Source: an uncultured Actinomycetota bacterium (GTDB lineage Bacteria; Actinomycetota; Actinomycetes; Mycobacteriales; SCTD01). Taken from it: 64,000 nucleotides of DNA. The notes under the pieces are model-generated. The model made no database searches. It saw nothing but the letters and a program-made list of their open reading frames with translations, and was not told where the DNA came from. The translations under genes were made by a program, and so were the position numbers. Below are positions 1 through 12,475 of this stretch, one piece after another. The stretch covers positions 82,801 to 146,800 of the forward strand of contig CAWJNR010000001.1 in assembly GCA_963844295.1 (NCBI GenBank), in the 5' to 3' direction. Each line of letters opens with the position of its first letter. The stretch's first letter is position 1.

Positions 1-959
1 ACACCGCTCCGGGCGCCCACGGCGGCGCCCCGACCGCCGGCTCGAGCGTCGGCAGCGTCCCGGAGCTCGCCGGCGGCGACACCGACCTGCGCCAGGCCAG
101 CCTGTGGTCCGACGCGTGGCGCCAGCTGCGCCGCAACAAGCTGTTCCTGCTCGCCTCGGTGCTGCTCGCGGTGCTGGCCCTCATGGCGGCGTTCCCGCAG
201 CTGTTCACCAGCACCGGACCGATCGAGGACTGCCAGCTCGGGAACTCCCGCCAGGGCCCGGGGACCAACGGCGCGTGGTTCGGCTACGACACCTTCGGCT
301 GCGACTACTACGCCAACGTCATCTACGGCGCCCGCGTCTCCATGATCATCGGCCTGGCCGTGGTCGGCGGCGCCATGATCATCGGCGTCTTCCTCGGCGC
401 GCTGGCCGGCTACTTCGGCGGCTGGTTCGACAACCTCATCGCCCGCCTGACCGACATCATCTACGGCCTGCCGCTCATCCTCGGCGCGATCCTGCTGCTC
501 AACATGCTCGCGGCCGACCGCTTCTTCGGCGAGCGCAACCTGGCGACGGTCTCGACGGCGCTGATCCTGCTGTCCTGGATGACCTTCATGCGCCTGTTCC
601 GCTCCAGCGTCATCAGCATCAAGGACACCGACTACGTCAGCGCCGCCCGCGCGATGGGGGCGACGAACAGCCGGATCATCCTCAAGCACATCGTCCCGAA
701 CGCCCTGGCGCCGGTGCTCGTCTACGGCACCATCGCCGTCGGCGGCATCATCGCCGCGGAGGCGACGCTGAGCTTCCTGGGCATCGGGCTGCAGCTGCCG
801 GAGATCTCGTGGGGCCTGCAGATCAACAGCGCCCAGAACTACATCCGGAGCAGCCCGCACCTGCTGTTCTTCCCCAGCATCTTCCTGTCGGTGACGGTGC
901 TGTCCTTCATCCTGCTCGGCGACGCCCTGCGCGACGCCCTCGACCCGAAGCTGCGGTGA
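1..959 (+). CDS. Peptide/nickel ABC transporter permease (DppC/OppC family); 5' end lies outside the window
   Basis: The reading frame is open from the window edge (..[20 protein letters not shown]..). Track ORF 159..959 is its in-window part. It carries a binding-protein-dependent permease loop, [25 protein letters not shown]. The ATPase gene starts 1 nt after its stop. Confidence 0.9.
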   Translation, partial: TAPGAHGGAPTAGSSVGSVPELAGGDTDLRQASLWSDAWRQLRRNKLFLLASVLLAVLALMAAFPQLFTSTGPIEDCQLGNSRQGPGTNGAWFGYDTFGCDYYANVIYGARVSMIIGLAVVGGAMIIGVFLGALAGYFGGWFDNLIARLTDIIYGLPLILGAILLLNMLAADRFFGERNLATVSTALILLSWMTFMRLFRSSVISIKDTDYVSAARAMGATNSRIILKHIVPNALAPVLVYGTIAVGGIIAAEATLSFLGIGLQLPEISWGLQINSAQNYIRSSPHLLFFPSIFLSVTVLSFILLGDALRDALDPKLR

Positions 960-960
960 C

Positions 961-1975
<1,015 letters not shown>

Positions 1976-1986
<11 letters not shown>

Positions 1987-3104
1987 GACCACCCCCGCTC
2001 CGACCACCACGCCCACCAGCGGTGAGCCGCTGCTGCGCGTCGAGGGCCTGGTCAAGCACTTCCCGCTCACCCAGGGCATCGTCTTCAAGAAGACGGTCGG
2101 CCAGGTGCGCGCCGTCGACGGCGTCAACTTCACGCTCAACGCCGGCGAGACCCTCGGCCTGGTGGGCGAGTCCGGCTGCGGCAAGTCGACCGTCTCCAAG
2201 CTGATCATGCAGCTGGAGAAGCCGACCGGCGGCAAGGTCTTCTACAAGGGCCAGGACGTCACGAACCTGTCCGGCAAGGAGCTGCGCCGGCTCCGCCGCA
2301 ACATCCAGATCATCTTCCAGGACCCGTACAGCTCGCTGAACCCGCGCATGACGGTCGGCGACATCGTGTCCGAGCCCTGGGAGATCCACTCCGACGTCGT
2401 GCCGCAAGGGCCAGCGCAAGGCCAAGGTCCGCGAGCTGCTCGAGCGGGTCGGCCTCAACCCCGACTTCGTCAACCGCTACCCGCACCAGTTCTCCGGCGG
2501 CCAGCGCCAGCGCATCGGCATCGCCCGCGCGCTCGCCCTGCAGCCCGAGATCATCGTCTGCGACGAGCCGGTGTCCGCGCTGGACGTGTCGGTGCAGGCC
2601 CAGGTCATCAACCTGCTCGAGGAGCTCAAGCAGGAGTTCGGCCTGGCGTACATCTTCATCGCGCACGACCTGTCGGTGGTGCGGCACATCAGCGACCGCG
2701 TGGCGGTGATGTACCTCGGCAGCATCGTCGAGATCGGCACCGAGGACGACATCTACGAGAACTCCGCGCACCCGTACACGCAGGCGCTGCTGTCGGCCGT
2801 CCCGGTCCTGGACCCGGTCGCGCGCGGGCCAGAAGACCCGGATCATGCTGACCGGCGACGTGCCGAGCCCGGCCAACCCGCCCTCGGGCTGCCGCTTCCG
2901 CACCCGCTGCTGGAAGGCGCAGGACATCTGCGCCGAGCGAGCAGCCGGAGCTGGTCGACCGCGGGCAGGGCCACCCGGTCGGCCTGCCACTTCGCCGAGG
3001 CGGTCCGCGTCGTCGGCGGGGACACGCACGTGCCGGAGCCGACGACCGAGGTCACCCCGCCCGTCGAGACGCGCGCGCAGGCCCAGGAGCGCCACGGCGC
3101 GTAG
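1976..3104 (+). CDS. Peptide ABC transporter ATP-binding protein (DppF/OppF family), frameshifted as assembled (4 frame steps)
   Basis: GTG 1976 overlaps the upstream stop. Conserved sequence hops frames: GESGCGKST, then near 2400 [45 protein letters not shown]. Near 2828 it continues [28 protein letters not shown], near 2938 [14 protein letters not shown], and near 2981 ACHFAEAV.. to the stop at 3104. Every step is +1. Confidence 0.85.
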
Positions 3105-3183
3105 CCGGAGCCTCCCGGTCGGCCCGCTGCCCGGCTACGCTGTCCGACAGTCCCTGCGCTCCACCCCGATCGGAGTCCGAACC

Positions 3184-3434
3184 GTGGTCACCTTCCTGTC
3201 CGTCCTGCTGACGATCACGAGCATCCTGCTGATCGTGCTCGTGCTGCTGCACCGCGGGAAGGGCGGCGGCCTGTCGACCCTGTTCGGCGGCGGCGTGTCG
3301 TCGTCGCTCGGCGGCAGCGCCGTCGTGGAGAAGAACCTCGACCGGCTCACGATCGTCTGCGGCCTGGTCTGGGCCGTCTGCATCATCGCGCTCGGACTGC
3401 TGCTCAAGGAGACCGGCACCGCCGGTCGCGCTAG
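3184..3434 (+). CDS. secG: Preprotein translocase subunit SecG (3' end uncertain; needs one frame correction)
   Basis: GTG 3184 has GGAG 9 nt upstream. The sequence [75 protein letters not shown] is typical SecG. There is no in-frame stop before rbpA. The nearest plausible stop is TAG 3432-3434 in the adjacent frame. Confidence 0.7.
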
Positions 3435-3483
3435 CCGTCCACTCCACTCCCACTCCGCACGACCCGAACCGAGGAGCACCACC

Positions 3484-3821
3484 GTGGCAGGCGGCAACGC
3501 GATCCGGGGCAGCCGGGTCGGCGCCGGCCCCATGGGCGAGGCGGAGCGCGGCGAGGCCGCCCCGCGCCACCGCATCCCGTTCTACTGCGCCAACCAGCAC
3601 GAGACGCGGCCGTCGTTCTCCGACGAGGCGGCCGATGCCGGAGACCTGGGACTGCCCGCGCTGCGGCTTCCCGGCCGGGCAGGACAAGGACAACCCGCCG
3701 GCGCCAGACCAAGACCGAGCCGTACAAGACCCACCTGGCCTACGTCCGCGAGCGCCGCAACGCCGAGGACGGCGAGGCGATCCTCGCCGAGGCGCTCGCC
3801 AAGCTCCGCAGCAACCGCTAG
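3484..3821 (+). CDS. rbpA: RNA polymerase-binding protein RbpA, frameshifted as assembled (2 frame steps)
   Basis: GTG 3484 follows GAGGAG. Three frame segments read [44 protein letters not shown], then [24 protein letters not shown], then [36 protein letters not shown] and a stop. Junctions lie near 3634 and 3707, both +1. Confidence 0.85.
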
Positions 3822-3881
3822 TCAGCCGCTCGCCCGCTGGCAGCGACGGCGCACGATCGTCGGTGTGGCCGAACGTTCGCG

Positions 3882-3945
3882 TGATCGTGGGAGGCCGAGG
3901 CCCGTACGTCGCGCGGCCCCAGCAGCCCTGACCGTCCCACGATCA
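3882..3945. terminator. Perfect 11-bp inverted repeat between convergent rbpA and pgl; possible bidirectional terminator hairpin
   Basis: TGATCGTGGGA (3882-3892) and TCCCACGATCA (3935-3945) are separated by 42 nt. There is no U-tract. Confidence 0.25.
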
Positions 3946-3970
3946 TGACGTGGCCCGCTGCGTCCGCTGG

Positions 3971-4742
3971 TCAGCCGCGGCGCAGGTTGCGGGGGAGGCG
4001 TCCCGCGGCGGCCTCGTCGAGCAGCCACAGCGTGGCGCTGCGGCCGCTGACGCCGGCGGCCGGCACCTGCACCCGGCCGGCCCCGCCGAGGGCCATCGCC
4101 ACCATGGGCGCCTTGCCCTCGCCGGCGACGACCATCCAGACCTCGCGGGCGGCGTTGAGCGCCGAGAAGCCCAGCGAGACGCGGGTGGGCGGCGGCTTCG
4201 GGCAGCCGTGCACGCCGACGGCGGTGCGCTCGTCGTGCGCGGCCGGCGACTCCGGGAAGATCGACGCGGTGTGGCCCTCCGCGCCCATGCCGAGCAGCAG
4301 CACGTCGAACGGCGGCACCTCGTGGTCGGCCGGGGCCGCCCGCAGGAGCTCGTCGGCGTAGCGCGCCGCCGCCGCGTCGGCGTCGTCGCCGTCCGGCCCG
4401 CCGAGCGCGCCCATCGGGTGCACCCGCGCCGGGTCGAGGTCGAGCGCGTCGAGCAGCGCCTCGCGGGCCTGCCGCTCGTTGCGCTCGGGGTCGTCGGCGG
4501 GCACGAAGCGCTCGTCGCCCCACCAGACGTCGACGCGCCGCCAGTCGACGGCGTGCCGGGCGGGGGAGCGTGCGCACGGCCTCCAGGACGCGCGATGCCG
4601 ATCCCGCCGCCGGTCAGCACGACCGAGGCGGTCCCGCGCAGCGCCTGCGCGTCGACCAGCCGGGTGAGCAGCCGGGCGGCGACGGACGCCGGCGAGCACC
4701 TCCGGCGTCCCGCGCGACGACGACGACCGGGGCGCTGCTCAT
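3971..4742 (-). CDS. pgl: 6-phosphogluconolactonase, frameshifted as assembled (about 4 frame changes within 4560-4705)
   Basis: The C-terminal two thirds are intact in track ORF 3971..4699 (VDWRRVDVWWGDERFVP, DVLLLGMGAEGHTASIFP). ATG 4742 (AAGGAG upstream) gives MSSAPVVVVARDA. Then EVLAGV, SVAARLLTRLVDAQALRGTASVVLTGGGIGIA and LPARHAVDW sit in different frames. Confidence 0.85.
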
Positions 4743-5748
4743 GAGCTCTCCTTCACGTGGTGGTCAGCGCCGGGTCGGGCACCTTCTCCTCGGTCGGGTC
4801 GTGCCAGACGTGCGTGCGGTGCGGCGAGCGGCCGGTCAGCGCGGTCGGAGCCGGTGGCCGCGGCCAGCGCCTCGGCGTAGGTCTCGTCGGCGTCCAGCCG
4901 GCGCAGCTCCTCGGCCAGCAGGTCGCCGAGGTCGCGCTGCTCGAGCGGCATGACCCGGTCCGGCTGGCCCGTGCGGGCCAGCGTCGCCGTTCCCGCCGCC
5001 GCCGCCCGCCAGGGTGATCTGGCCGTCGGCGAGGTTCAGGACGACCTCGCTCAGGCCCGCCCCTGGCGGCGTCGACGAGCTCGACGTCGACCTGCAGGCG
5101 TGCCGCAGCCAGCCGGCGAGCAGCGCGCGCGTGGGGTCGCCCGGCGGCGCCGTGCACCGAGGCGCCGGTCGCCGGGCTGCTCACCGAGTCGAACGCCGAC
5201 GCGCACAGCGCGCGCCACGCCGTCGCGCGGGTCCAGGCCAGGTCGGTGTCGCCGGGCGCGTAGTCGTCGGCCCGCTGGCGCAGCGCCTGCAGCGGGTCGG
5301 CGGCGAGGGAGGAGTCGGTGACGCGCCGGCCGGCCAGCACGCCGAGCGGGTCGTGGGCGATCAGGTGCGGCGGCGCGCCGAACCACCAGGTGACGACGGG
5401 GGCGTCCGGGGCCAGCAGCGGCAGCACGACCGACTCGGCGTGCAGGGCCAGCCGGCCGTACATCCGCAGGACGACGGCCTCGCCCGGGCCGAGCCGGCCG
5501 CCGATGAGCACCTCGGCGTCCAGGCGCGCCTCGGCGGCGTCCGGAGCGGCGCCGCACGACGATGATCAGCCGGCAGGGGTGCTCGGCCGCGGCGCGCGTC
5601 GCCGCCTGCTCGGCCTGCTCGACCTTGCTCTCCTCGACGACCACGACGAGGGTCAGCGCGAGCCCGCTCGACACCGAGCCGGCCGCCCGCCGCTCGGCCG
5701 CCAGCGCCTTGACGACGGCGGTGCCGGTGGTGTCCCACAGCGTCGTCA
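4739..5748 (-). CDS. opcA: Glucose-6-phosphate dehydrogenase assembly protein OpcA, frameshifted as assembled
   Basis: ATG 5748 (GGAGG 8 nt upstream) gives MTTLWDTTGTAVVKALAAERRAAGSVSSGLALTLVVVVEESKVEQAEQAATRAAAEHPCRLIIVV. The middle lies in track ORF 4753..5511 (VLIGGRLGPGEAVVLRMYGRLALHAESVVLPLLAPDAPVVTWWFGAPP). The tail LLAEELRRLDADETYAEALAAATG lies in ORF 4739..4951. A stop at 4739 would form an ATGA overlap with the pgl start. The alternative stop is 4753. Confidence 0.8.
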
Positions 5749-5801
5749 TGAGCGTGCCTCCGGCACGGTCCCTGTCTGCGTGCCTCCGGCACGACGTGCC
5801 G

Positions 5802-7353
5802 TCACGGCCGCCTCCAGTGCCGGCCGTCGCGGGCCAGCATCTCGTCGGCGGCGCGCGGGCCCCACTCGCCGGCGCGGTAGAGGTGCGGCGCCGGCGTCCT
5901 GCTCGCGCCAGTGCTGCCTCGATCGGGTCGATGACGCGCCAGCTCTCCTCGACCTCCTCGTTGCGGGGGAACAGCGACGCGTCGCCGAGCAGCACGTCGA
6001 GCAGCAGCCGCTCGTAGGCCTCGGGGCTGGCCTCGGTGAACGCCTCGCCGTACTGGAAGTCCATCGCGACGTCGCGGACCTCCATCGTCGTGCCGGGCAC
6101 CTTGGAGCCGAAGCGCAGCGTCACGCCCTCGTCGGGCTGGACCCGCACGACGAGCTGGTTCGAGCCCAGCTCCTCGGTGTCGGTCTTGGCGAACGGCAGG
6201 TGCGGCGCCTTGCGGAACAGCACGGCGATCTCGGTGACCCGGCGGGGGAGCCGCTTGCCGGTGCGCAGGTAGAACGGGACGCCGGCCCAGCGCCGGGTCT
6301 CGACCTCGAGGCGCACGGCGGCGTAGGTCTCGGTGCGGCTGTCCTCGGCGACGCCCTCCTCGGCGCGGTAGGCCGTGACGCGCTCGCCGGCCAGCCAGCC
6401 CTGGTCGTACTGGCCGCGGACGGCGTAGTGCGGCGAGGTCGGTCGGCGGCTTGAGCGCGCCGAGGACCTTGCGCTTCTCGGTGCGCAGGCTCTCGGCGTC
6501 GAAGCCGACCGGCTCCTCCATCGCGGTGAGGGCGAGCAGCTGGAGCAGGTGGTTCTGCAGGACGTCGCGGGCGGCGCCGGTCTCCTCGTAGAAGCCGGCG
6601 CGGGTGCCGATGCCGACGTCCTCGGCCATCGTGATCTGCACCGAGTCGACGAAGTGGCTGTTCCAGATCGGCTCGAACAGGGTGTTGGCGAAGCGCAGCG
6701 CCAGCAGGTTCTGGACCGTCTCCTTGCCCAGGTAGTGGTCGATGCGGAAGACGTCCTGCGCGGTGAAGACGTCGTCGACCAGCGTCGTTGAGCTCCACGC
6801 TGGACGGCAGGTCGTGGCCGAACGGCTTCTCGACGACGACCCGCCGCCAGCCGCCCGACTCGGCGTTGTCGGCCATCCCGGTGCGCTGCATCTGCTTGAG
6901 CACGGTCGGGAAGGCCGCGGGCGGGATGGACAGGTAGAACGCGGCGTTGCCCTGCGTGCCGTGGGTGCGCGTCGAGCTCGCGCAGCGTGTCGGCCAGCTT
7001 GTCGAAGGCCGCGTCGTCGTCGAAGGACCCCGGCAGGAACTTGATCGCGCCGGTCAGCCGCGCCCAGGTCGACGTCGCGGAACTCGGTGCGGGCGCCCTT
7101 CTGGGCGGCCTCGCTTGGCGATCTCCTCGAAGTCGCCGTCGCCCCAGTCGCGGCGGGCGAAGCCGAGCAGCACGAAGCCGGGCGGCAGCAGCCCGCGGTT
7201 GGCCAGGTCGTAGACGGCCGGGATGAGCTTCTTGCGCGCCAGGTCGCCGGTGACGCCGAAGACGACCAGCGCGCACGGGTCCGGGACCCGCGGCAGCCGC
7301 CGGTCGCCGGGGGTGCGCAGCGGGTTCTGCGGCGCCGTCCGGGCCCTGGTCAT
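5802..7353 (-). CDS. zwf: Glucose-6-phosphate 1-dehydrogenase, frameshifted as assembled (multiple)
   Basis: ATG 7353 overlaps the pgi stop (ATGA). It has the NADP motif [31 protein letters not shown] is encoded at 6720-6746. Other conserved pieces are [63 protein letters not shown] and the end [22 protein letters not shown]. The pieces are spread over all three minus-strand frames. Confidence 0.88.
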
Positions 7354-9007
7354 CGCCGGGCGGCCTCGAGCAGGGCCCGCAGCCCCGCCGGCGGTCGGTG
7401 AGGTGCAGCGCGCAGCACCGGCCGGTCGCGCGAGCCGAGCGCCCGCAGGTCGCCGAGCGCCTGCGCCGCCTGCAGCCCGCCGAAGGTGAAGTCCCGCCCG
7501 GGCACCTCGAGGTCCTCGGTCACGGCCCCGGTGACCTGCAGGAACGCCCCGGTCTGCGGGCCGCCCTTGTGGAACTGCCCGGTGGAGTGCAGGAAGCGCG
7601 GCGCCCAGCCGAACGTGACCGGGTGCGCCAGCCGCGCGGCCAGCGCCGCGCGCAGCCCGCAGCGCCTCGGCGTCGGCCTGCCGGTCGAGGTAGGCCATGA
7701 CGGCGAGGTAGCCGCGCTCGGGGACCGCCGCCAGCAGCGCGTCCAGCGCGCCGGCCAGGTCGTCGACGCCGGCGAGCAGGTCGCCGGTGGCGTGCACCTC
7801 GACGCCGGCCTCGACGAACAGCGGCTCGCGCACGGGCGACGGCTCACCGGCCAGGATCGCGCCGGTGTTGTCCTTGCTCTCCTGCACGTTCGGCTGGTCG
7901 AAGGGGTTGATGCGCCAGCGCCCAGCCGGCGACGGCGGTGGCGTACTCCCAGGCGAGGAACTGCGCGCCGAGCGGTCCGCTCACGGCCGTGCCGACGTCG
8001 GGCAGCGCCGGCGTCGGAGGTGCCGACGACGACCAGCTGGCTGTCGGCGGCGGGCTCGGTGCCGGGCGCGTCCAGCGGCCTCGACGACGACGGGCAGCAG
8101 GCCCTTGCCCTGCTTGCCGGTGGACTCGGCGACCAGCTGCTCGGCCCAGTCGCCGAAGCCGACCAGGCCCGTCGGCCGGCGGCAGCGACGAGCTTGTCGC
8201 GACCGGCCGACCGCGCCGCCGCCGAGGACGGCGCCGAGCGCCAGCGCGGGGGCGTCGTCGGCGGCCAGCGTCGGCTCGCAGCGCGGCCGCCTCGTCGAGC
8301 AGCGCGCCGACGTCGACGCCGGCCAGGCCGGCCGGGACGAGGCCGAAGGCGGTGAGCGCGGAGTAGCGGCCGCCGACGTCGGGGTCGGCGAGGAAGACCG
8401 CGCGGGTGCCCTCCTCGCGGGCGGCCTGCTCGAGCGGCGAGCCGGGGTCGGTGACGACGACGACGCGCTGCGCCGGGTCGATGCCGGCGGCCTCGAAGGC
8501 GGCGCGGGCGGCCCGGCGGTGGCTGTCGGTCTCGACGCGTGCCGCCGGACTTCGAGGACACCACGACGACGGTGCGCTCGAGCTCGACCAGCGCGCCGCG
8601 CACCTGGCCGGGGTCGGTGGTGTCGACGACGACCAGCGGCACGCCGGCGCTGCGCGCAGACGACCTCGGGCGCCAGCGACGAGCCGCCCATGCCGCACAG
8701 CACGACGCGGTCGACGCCCTCGGCCGCGAGCGCCTCGCGCAGCGCGCTGCACCTCGGGCAGCAGCTCCCGGCCCGGTCTCGACGACGTCGAGCCAGCCGA
8801 GCCGGACGCTCGCCTCGGCCGTCGCCTCGGGCCCCCAGAGCGTGGCGTCCTTGCCGACCAGCGCCTGCGGCCAGGCCCCGCCTCGCGGCGCGCGCTCGCA
8901 GCGACGGTCCTGCGGCGGACGCGCCGAGCGAGCGCAGGCCGCCGCGCGACCTGCGACGGCGAGGCCGCCGCCGCGTGACGGCGCCGTCCCGGCGGTGGCT
9001 CGGTCAT
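7350..9007 (-). CDS. pgi: Glucose-6-phosphate isomerase, frameshifted as assembled (multiple)
   Basis: ATG 9007 overlaps the tal stop (ATGA). Fragments read [85 protein letters not shown] and [19 protein letters not shown]. The stop at 7350 overlaps the zwf start. Confidence 0.82.
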
Positions 9008-10180
9008 CGGGCGGTGGCCTCGGGCGACGCGGCGGCCGGGCCGTCGCCCGGCCGGCTTCGGTCGCCGCCGGCCGGCATGACGTCGGCGCCGGCCTTCTCC
9101 AGCTGGTCGGTGACCGACTCGATGAGCTCGTTCCAGGCGTCCTCGAACTTGCTGACGCCCTCCTCCTCGAGCTGCTGGACGACGTCGTCGTAGTCGATGC
9201 CGGCGGCCTTCAGGTCGTCGAGCACCTGCTGGGCGTCGGCGTAGGTGCTGGTGACCGTGTCGCCGCGCACGACGCCGTGGTCGGCGACGGCCTCGAGCGT
9301 CGCCTCCGGCATCGTGTTGACGGTGCCGGGCGCGACCAGCTCGACGACGTACTGCGTGTCGTCGTAGGCCGGGTCCTTGACGCCGGTGGACGCCCACAGC
9401 GGGCGCTGCGGCTGGGCGCCGGCCGGCCTCGAGCGCCTTCCAGCGGTCGCTGGCGAAGACCTGCTCGTAGTGCTGGTAGGCCAGCCGGGCGTTGGCGATC
9501 GCCGCCTGGCCGCGCAGCTCGGAGCCCTCGCCGAGCCGCTTGTCGATCTCGCTGTCGACCCGGCTGACGAAGAACGACGCCACCGAGCCGATCCGCGACA
9601 GGTCGTGGCCGTTGGCCTTCGCCTGCTCGAGCCCGGCCAGGAAGGCGTCCATCACGGCGTCGTAGCGCTCGAGCGAGAAGATCAGCGTGACGTTGACGCT
9701 GATGCCCTGCGGCCAGCACCTCGGTGATGGCCGGCAGCCCGGCCAGGGTGGCCGGGATCTTGATGTAGAGGTTGGGCCGGTCGACCAGCCACCACAGCGC
9801 CTTGGCCTCGGCGACGGTGCGCTCGGTGTCGTGGGCGATGCGCGGGTCGACCTCGATGGAGACCCGGCCGTCGACGCCGTCGGTGCGGTCGTAGACCTCG
9901 CGCAGCACGTCGCAGGCCCAGCGCACGTCGTAGGTCGTGAGCATCCGCACGGCCTCGCCGACGTCGGTGCCGCGCAGGGCGAGGTCGCGCACCTGCTCGT
10001 CGTAGGCGGCGCCCTCGGACAGCGCCTTCTGGAAGATCGACGGGTTGGTGGTCACGCCGACGACGTGCGGAGTCGCGGACCAGGTCGGCGAGGTTGCCGG
10101 ACTCGCAGGCGCTCGCGGGACAGGTCGTCGAGCCAGACCGCCACGCCCGCGGCGGACAGGTCGGCCAGGGGGTCGGTCAC
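9004..10180 (-). CDS. tal: Transaldolase (actinobacterial long type), frameshifted as assembled
   Basis: GTG 10180 has GAGGAG 7 nt upstream ([25 protein letters not shown]). Conserved pieces are [11 protein letters not shown], the active-site region [27 protein letters not shown] and the tail in ORF 9004..9312 ([15 protein letters not shown]..). Confidence 0.88.
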
Positions 10181-10205
10181 AGTGCGGCTCCTCGTGTCGG
10201 GGGGA

Positions 10206-12309
10206 TCAGTTGCCGCTCGTGGTCATGCCCAGCTTCGACAGCGACGCACGCGCTGCGGCGACCACGCGCTCGGCGGTCAGGCCGAACTGCTCGTACAGCA
10301 CGGTGTACGGGGCGCTGGCGCCGAAGTGCTCGAGCGAGACGCACTCGCCGTGCTCGCCGACCCACTCGTGCCAGCCCTGCGACGACGGCGGCCTCGACGG
10401 ACACGCGGGCCTTGCACGTCGCTGCGGGAGGACCGTGCTGCTTGTAGGCCTCGTCCTGCGCGCGGAACCACTCGACGCACGGCATCGACACGACGCGGGT
10501 CGGGATGCCCTCGGCCTCGAGCGGCTCCTGCGCGGCGACGCAGATCTGCACCTCGGAGCCGGTGCCGACGAGCAGCACCTGCGGCGCGCCGTCGCGGGCG
10601 TCGCGCAGGACGTAGCCGCCGCGGGCGGCGCCCTCGGCGGAGCGCGAAGACCGAGCGGTCGAAGGTCGGCACGTTCTGCCGGGTCAGGCAGATGCCGGCC
10701 GGCCGGTCGGTGTGCTCGAGGACGGTGCGCCAGGCGACGGCGGTCTCGTTGGCGTCCGCCGGGCGGACGACGTCGAGGCCCGGGATCGCCCGCAGCGCGG
10801 CGAGGTGCTCGACCGGCTGGTGGGTCGGGCCGTCCTCGCCCAGGCCGATCGAGTCGTGCGTCCAGACGTAGGTGACCGGCAGCTGCATGAGCGCCGCCAG
10901 CCGCACGGCGCCGCGCATGTAGTCGCTGAAGACGAGGAAGGTGCCGCCGTAGACGCGGGTGCCGCCGTGCAGCGCGATGCCGTTCATGACGGCGCCCATG
11001 GCGTGCTCGCGGATGCCGAAGTGCAGCGTCCGGCCGTACGGGTCGGCGCCCTCGAGCGGGTTGCCCTCCGGCAGGAACGAGCGAGTCCTCGTCGATGGTC
11101 GTGTTGTTGCTCTCGGCGAGGTCGGCCGAGCCGCCCCACAGCTCGGGCACGACGGCGCCGAGCGCGGCGAGCACCTTGCCGCTGGCCTTGCGGGTGGCGA
11201 CGCCCTTCTGGTCGGCCTCGAAGACCGGCAGCGCGTCGGCCCAGCCCGTCGGGCAGCCGGCGGGCGCTGCAGCCGGTCGTGCAGCGCCTTGCGCTCGGGG
11301 TTCGTCTCGGCCCAGGCGTCGTACGCCTCCTGCCACTCGGCGCGCAGCGCGCGGCCGCGGTCGACGACCTCGCGGGCGTGCTGCGACGACCTCGTCGGGG
11401 GCGTGGAAGTTGGTGTCGACCGGGAAGCCGATGGCCTCCTTGGTCAGGCGCACCTCGTCCTCGCCGAGCGCCGCGCCGTGGGCCTTGCCGGTGTTCTGCA
11501 GGTTCGGCGCCGGCCAGCCGATGATCGTGCGCATCGCGATGAACGACGGCCGGTCGGTCTCGTCGCGCGCGGCGATCAGCGCGGCGTGCAGCTCCTCGAC
11601 GTCGTCGCCGTCCTCGACCCGCTGCACGTGCCAGCCGTACGCCTCGTAGCGCGCCAGGACGTCCTCGCTGAAGGCGGTCTGCGTGTCGCCCTCGATGGAG
11701 ATGTGGTTGTCGTCGTAGAGCACGACGAGGTTGCCGAGGCGCTGGTGGCCGGCCAGCGAGCTGGCCTCGGCGCTGACGCCCTCCTGCGAGGTCGCCGTCG
11801 GAGGCGATGCACCAGATGGTGTGGTCGAACGGGCTCTGCCCGGCCGGGGCGTCCGGGTCGAGCAGGCCGCGCTCGTAGCGGGCGGCCATCGCCATGCCGA
11901 CCGCGTTGCCGACGCCCTGGCCGAGCGGGCCGGTGGTGACCTCGACGCCGGGGGTGTGGCCGTGCTCGGGGTGGCCCGGGGTGAGCGAGCCCCACTGCCG
12001 CAGGTGGGCGAGGTCCTCGACGCGTGAGGCCGTAGCCGGACAGGAAGAGCTGGACGTAGAGCGTCAGGCTGGTGTGGCCGCAGGACAGCACGAAGCGGTC
12101 GCGGCCGGTCCAGTCCGGGTCGCTCGGGTCGTGCCGCAGCAGCCGCTGGTAGAGCAGGTACGCCGCCGGCGCCAGGCTCATCGCGGTGCCGGGGTGGCCG
12201 GAGCCGGCGGCCTCGACGGCGTCCATGGCGAGGGCGCGGGAGACGTCGACGGCCTGGCGGTCGAGGTCGGTCCACTCGAGGGCGGGGGCGGTCGGCGGAG
12301 TGCGCTCAT
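10206..12309 (-). CDS. tkt: Transketolase, frameshifted as assembled (many frame changes)
   Basis: ATG 12309. Conserved pieces are [85 protein letters not shown] and [37 protein letters not shown]. The end is [31 protein letters not shown] with the stop at 10206. Confidence 0.9.
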
Positions 12310-12463
12310 GCGGCTGTCGGTCGCCTTCGTCGTGTCGGGAGGGAGTGCCGGTCGGTGCGGATCGCAGCCCTGATCTGGCCGACCCTAGACCTCAGCCGTC
12401 CCCTGCGCGTGCCCGCCGGTCGAACCCGGCCGCCCGGCAGGCCACGGCACCGGGGCCGGTCAG

Positions 12464-12469
12464 TAGACT
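12464..12469 (+). promoter_or_regulatory. Candidate -10 hexamer (TAGACT) for a leaderless ctaB transcript
   Basis: A TANNNT hexamer ends 6 nt before GTG 12476, and no Shine-Dalgarno sequence lies between them. This fits the leaderless-mRNA geometry common in Actinomycetota. It is pattern-only evidence. Confidence 0.2.
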
Positions 12470-12475
12470 CGCCGC

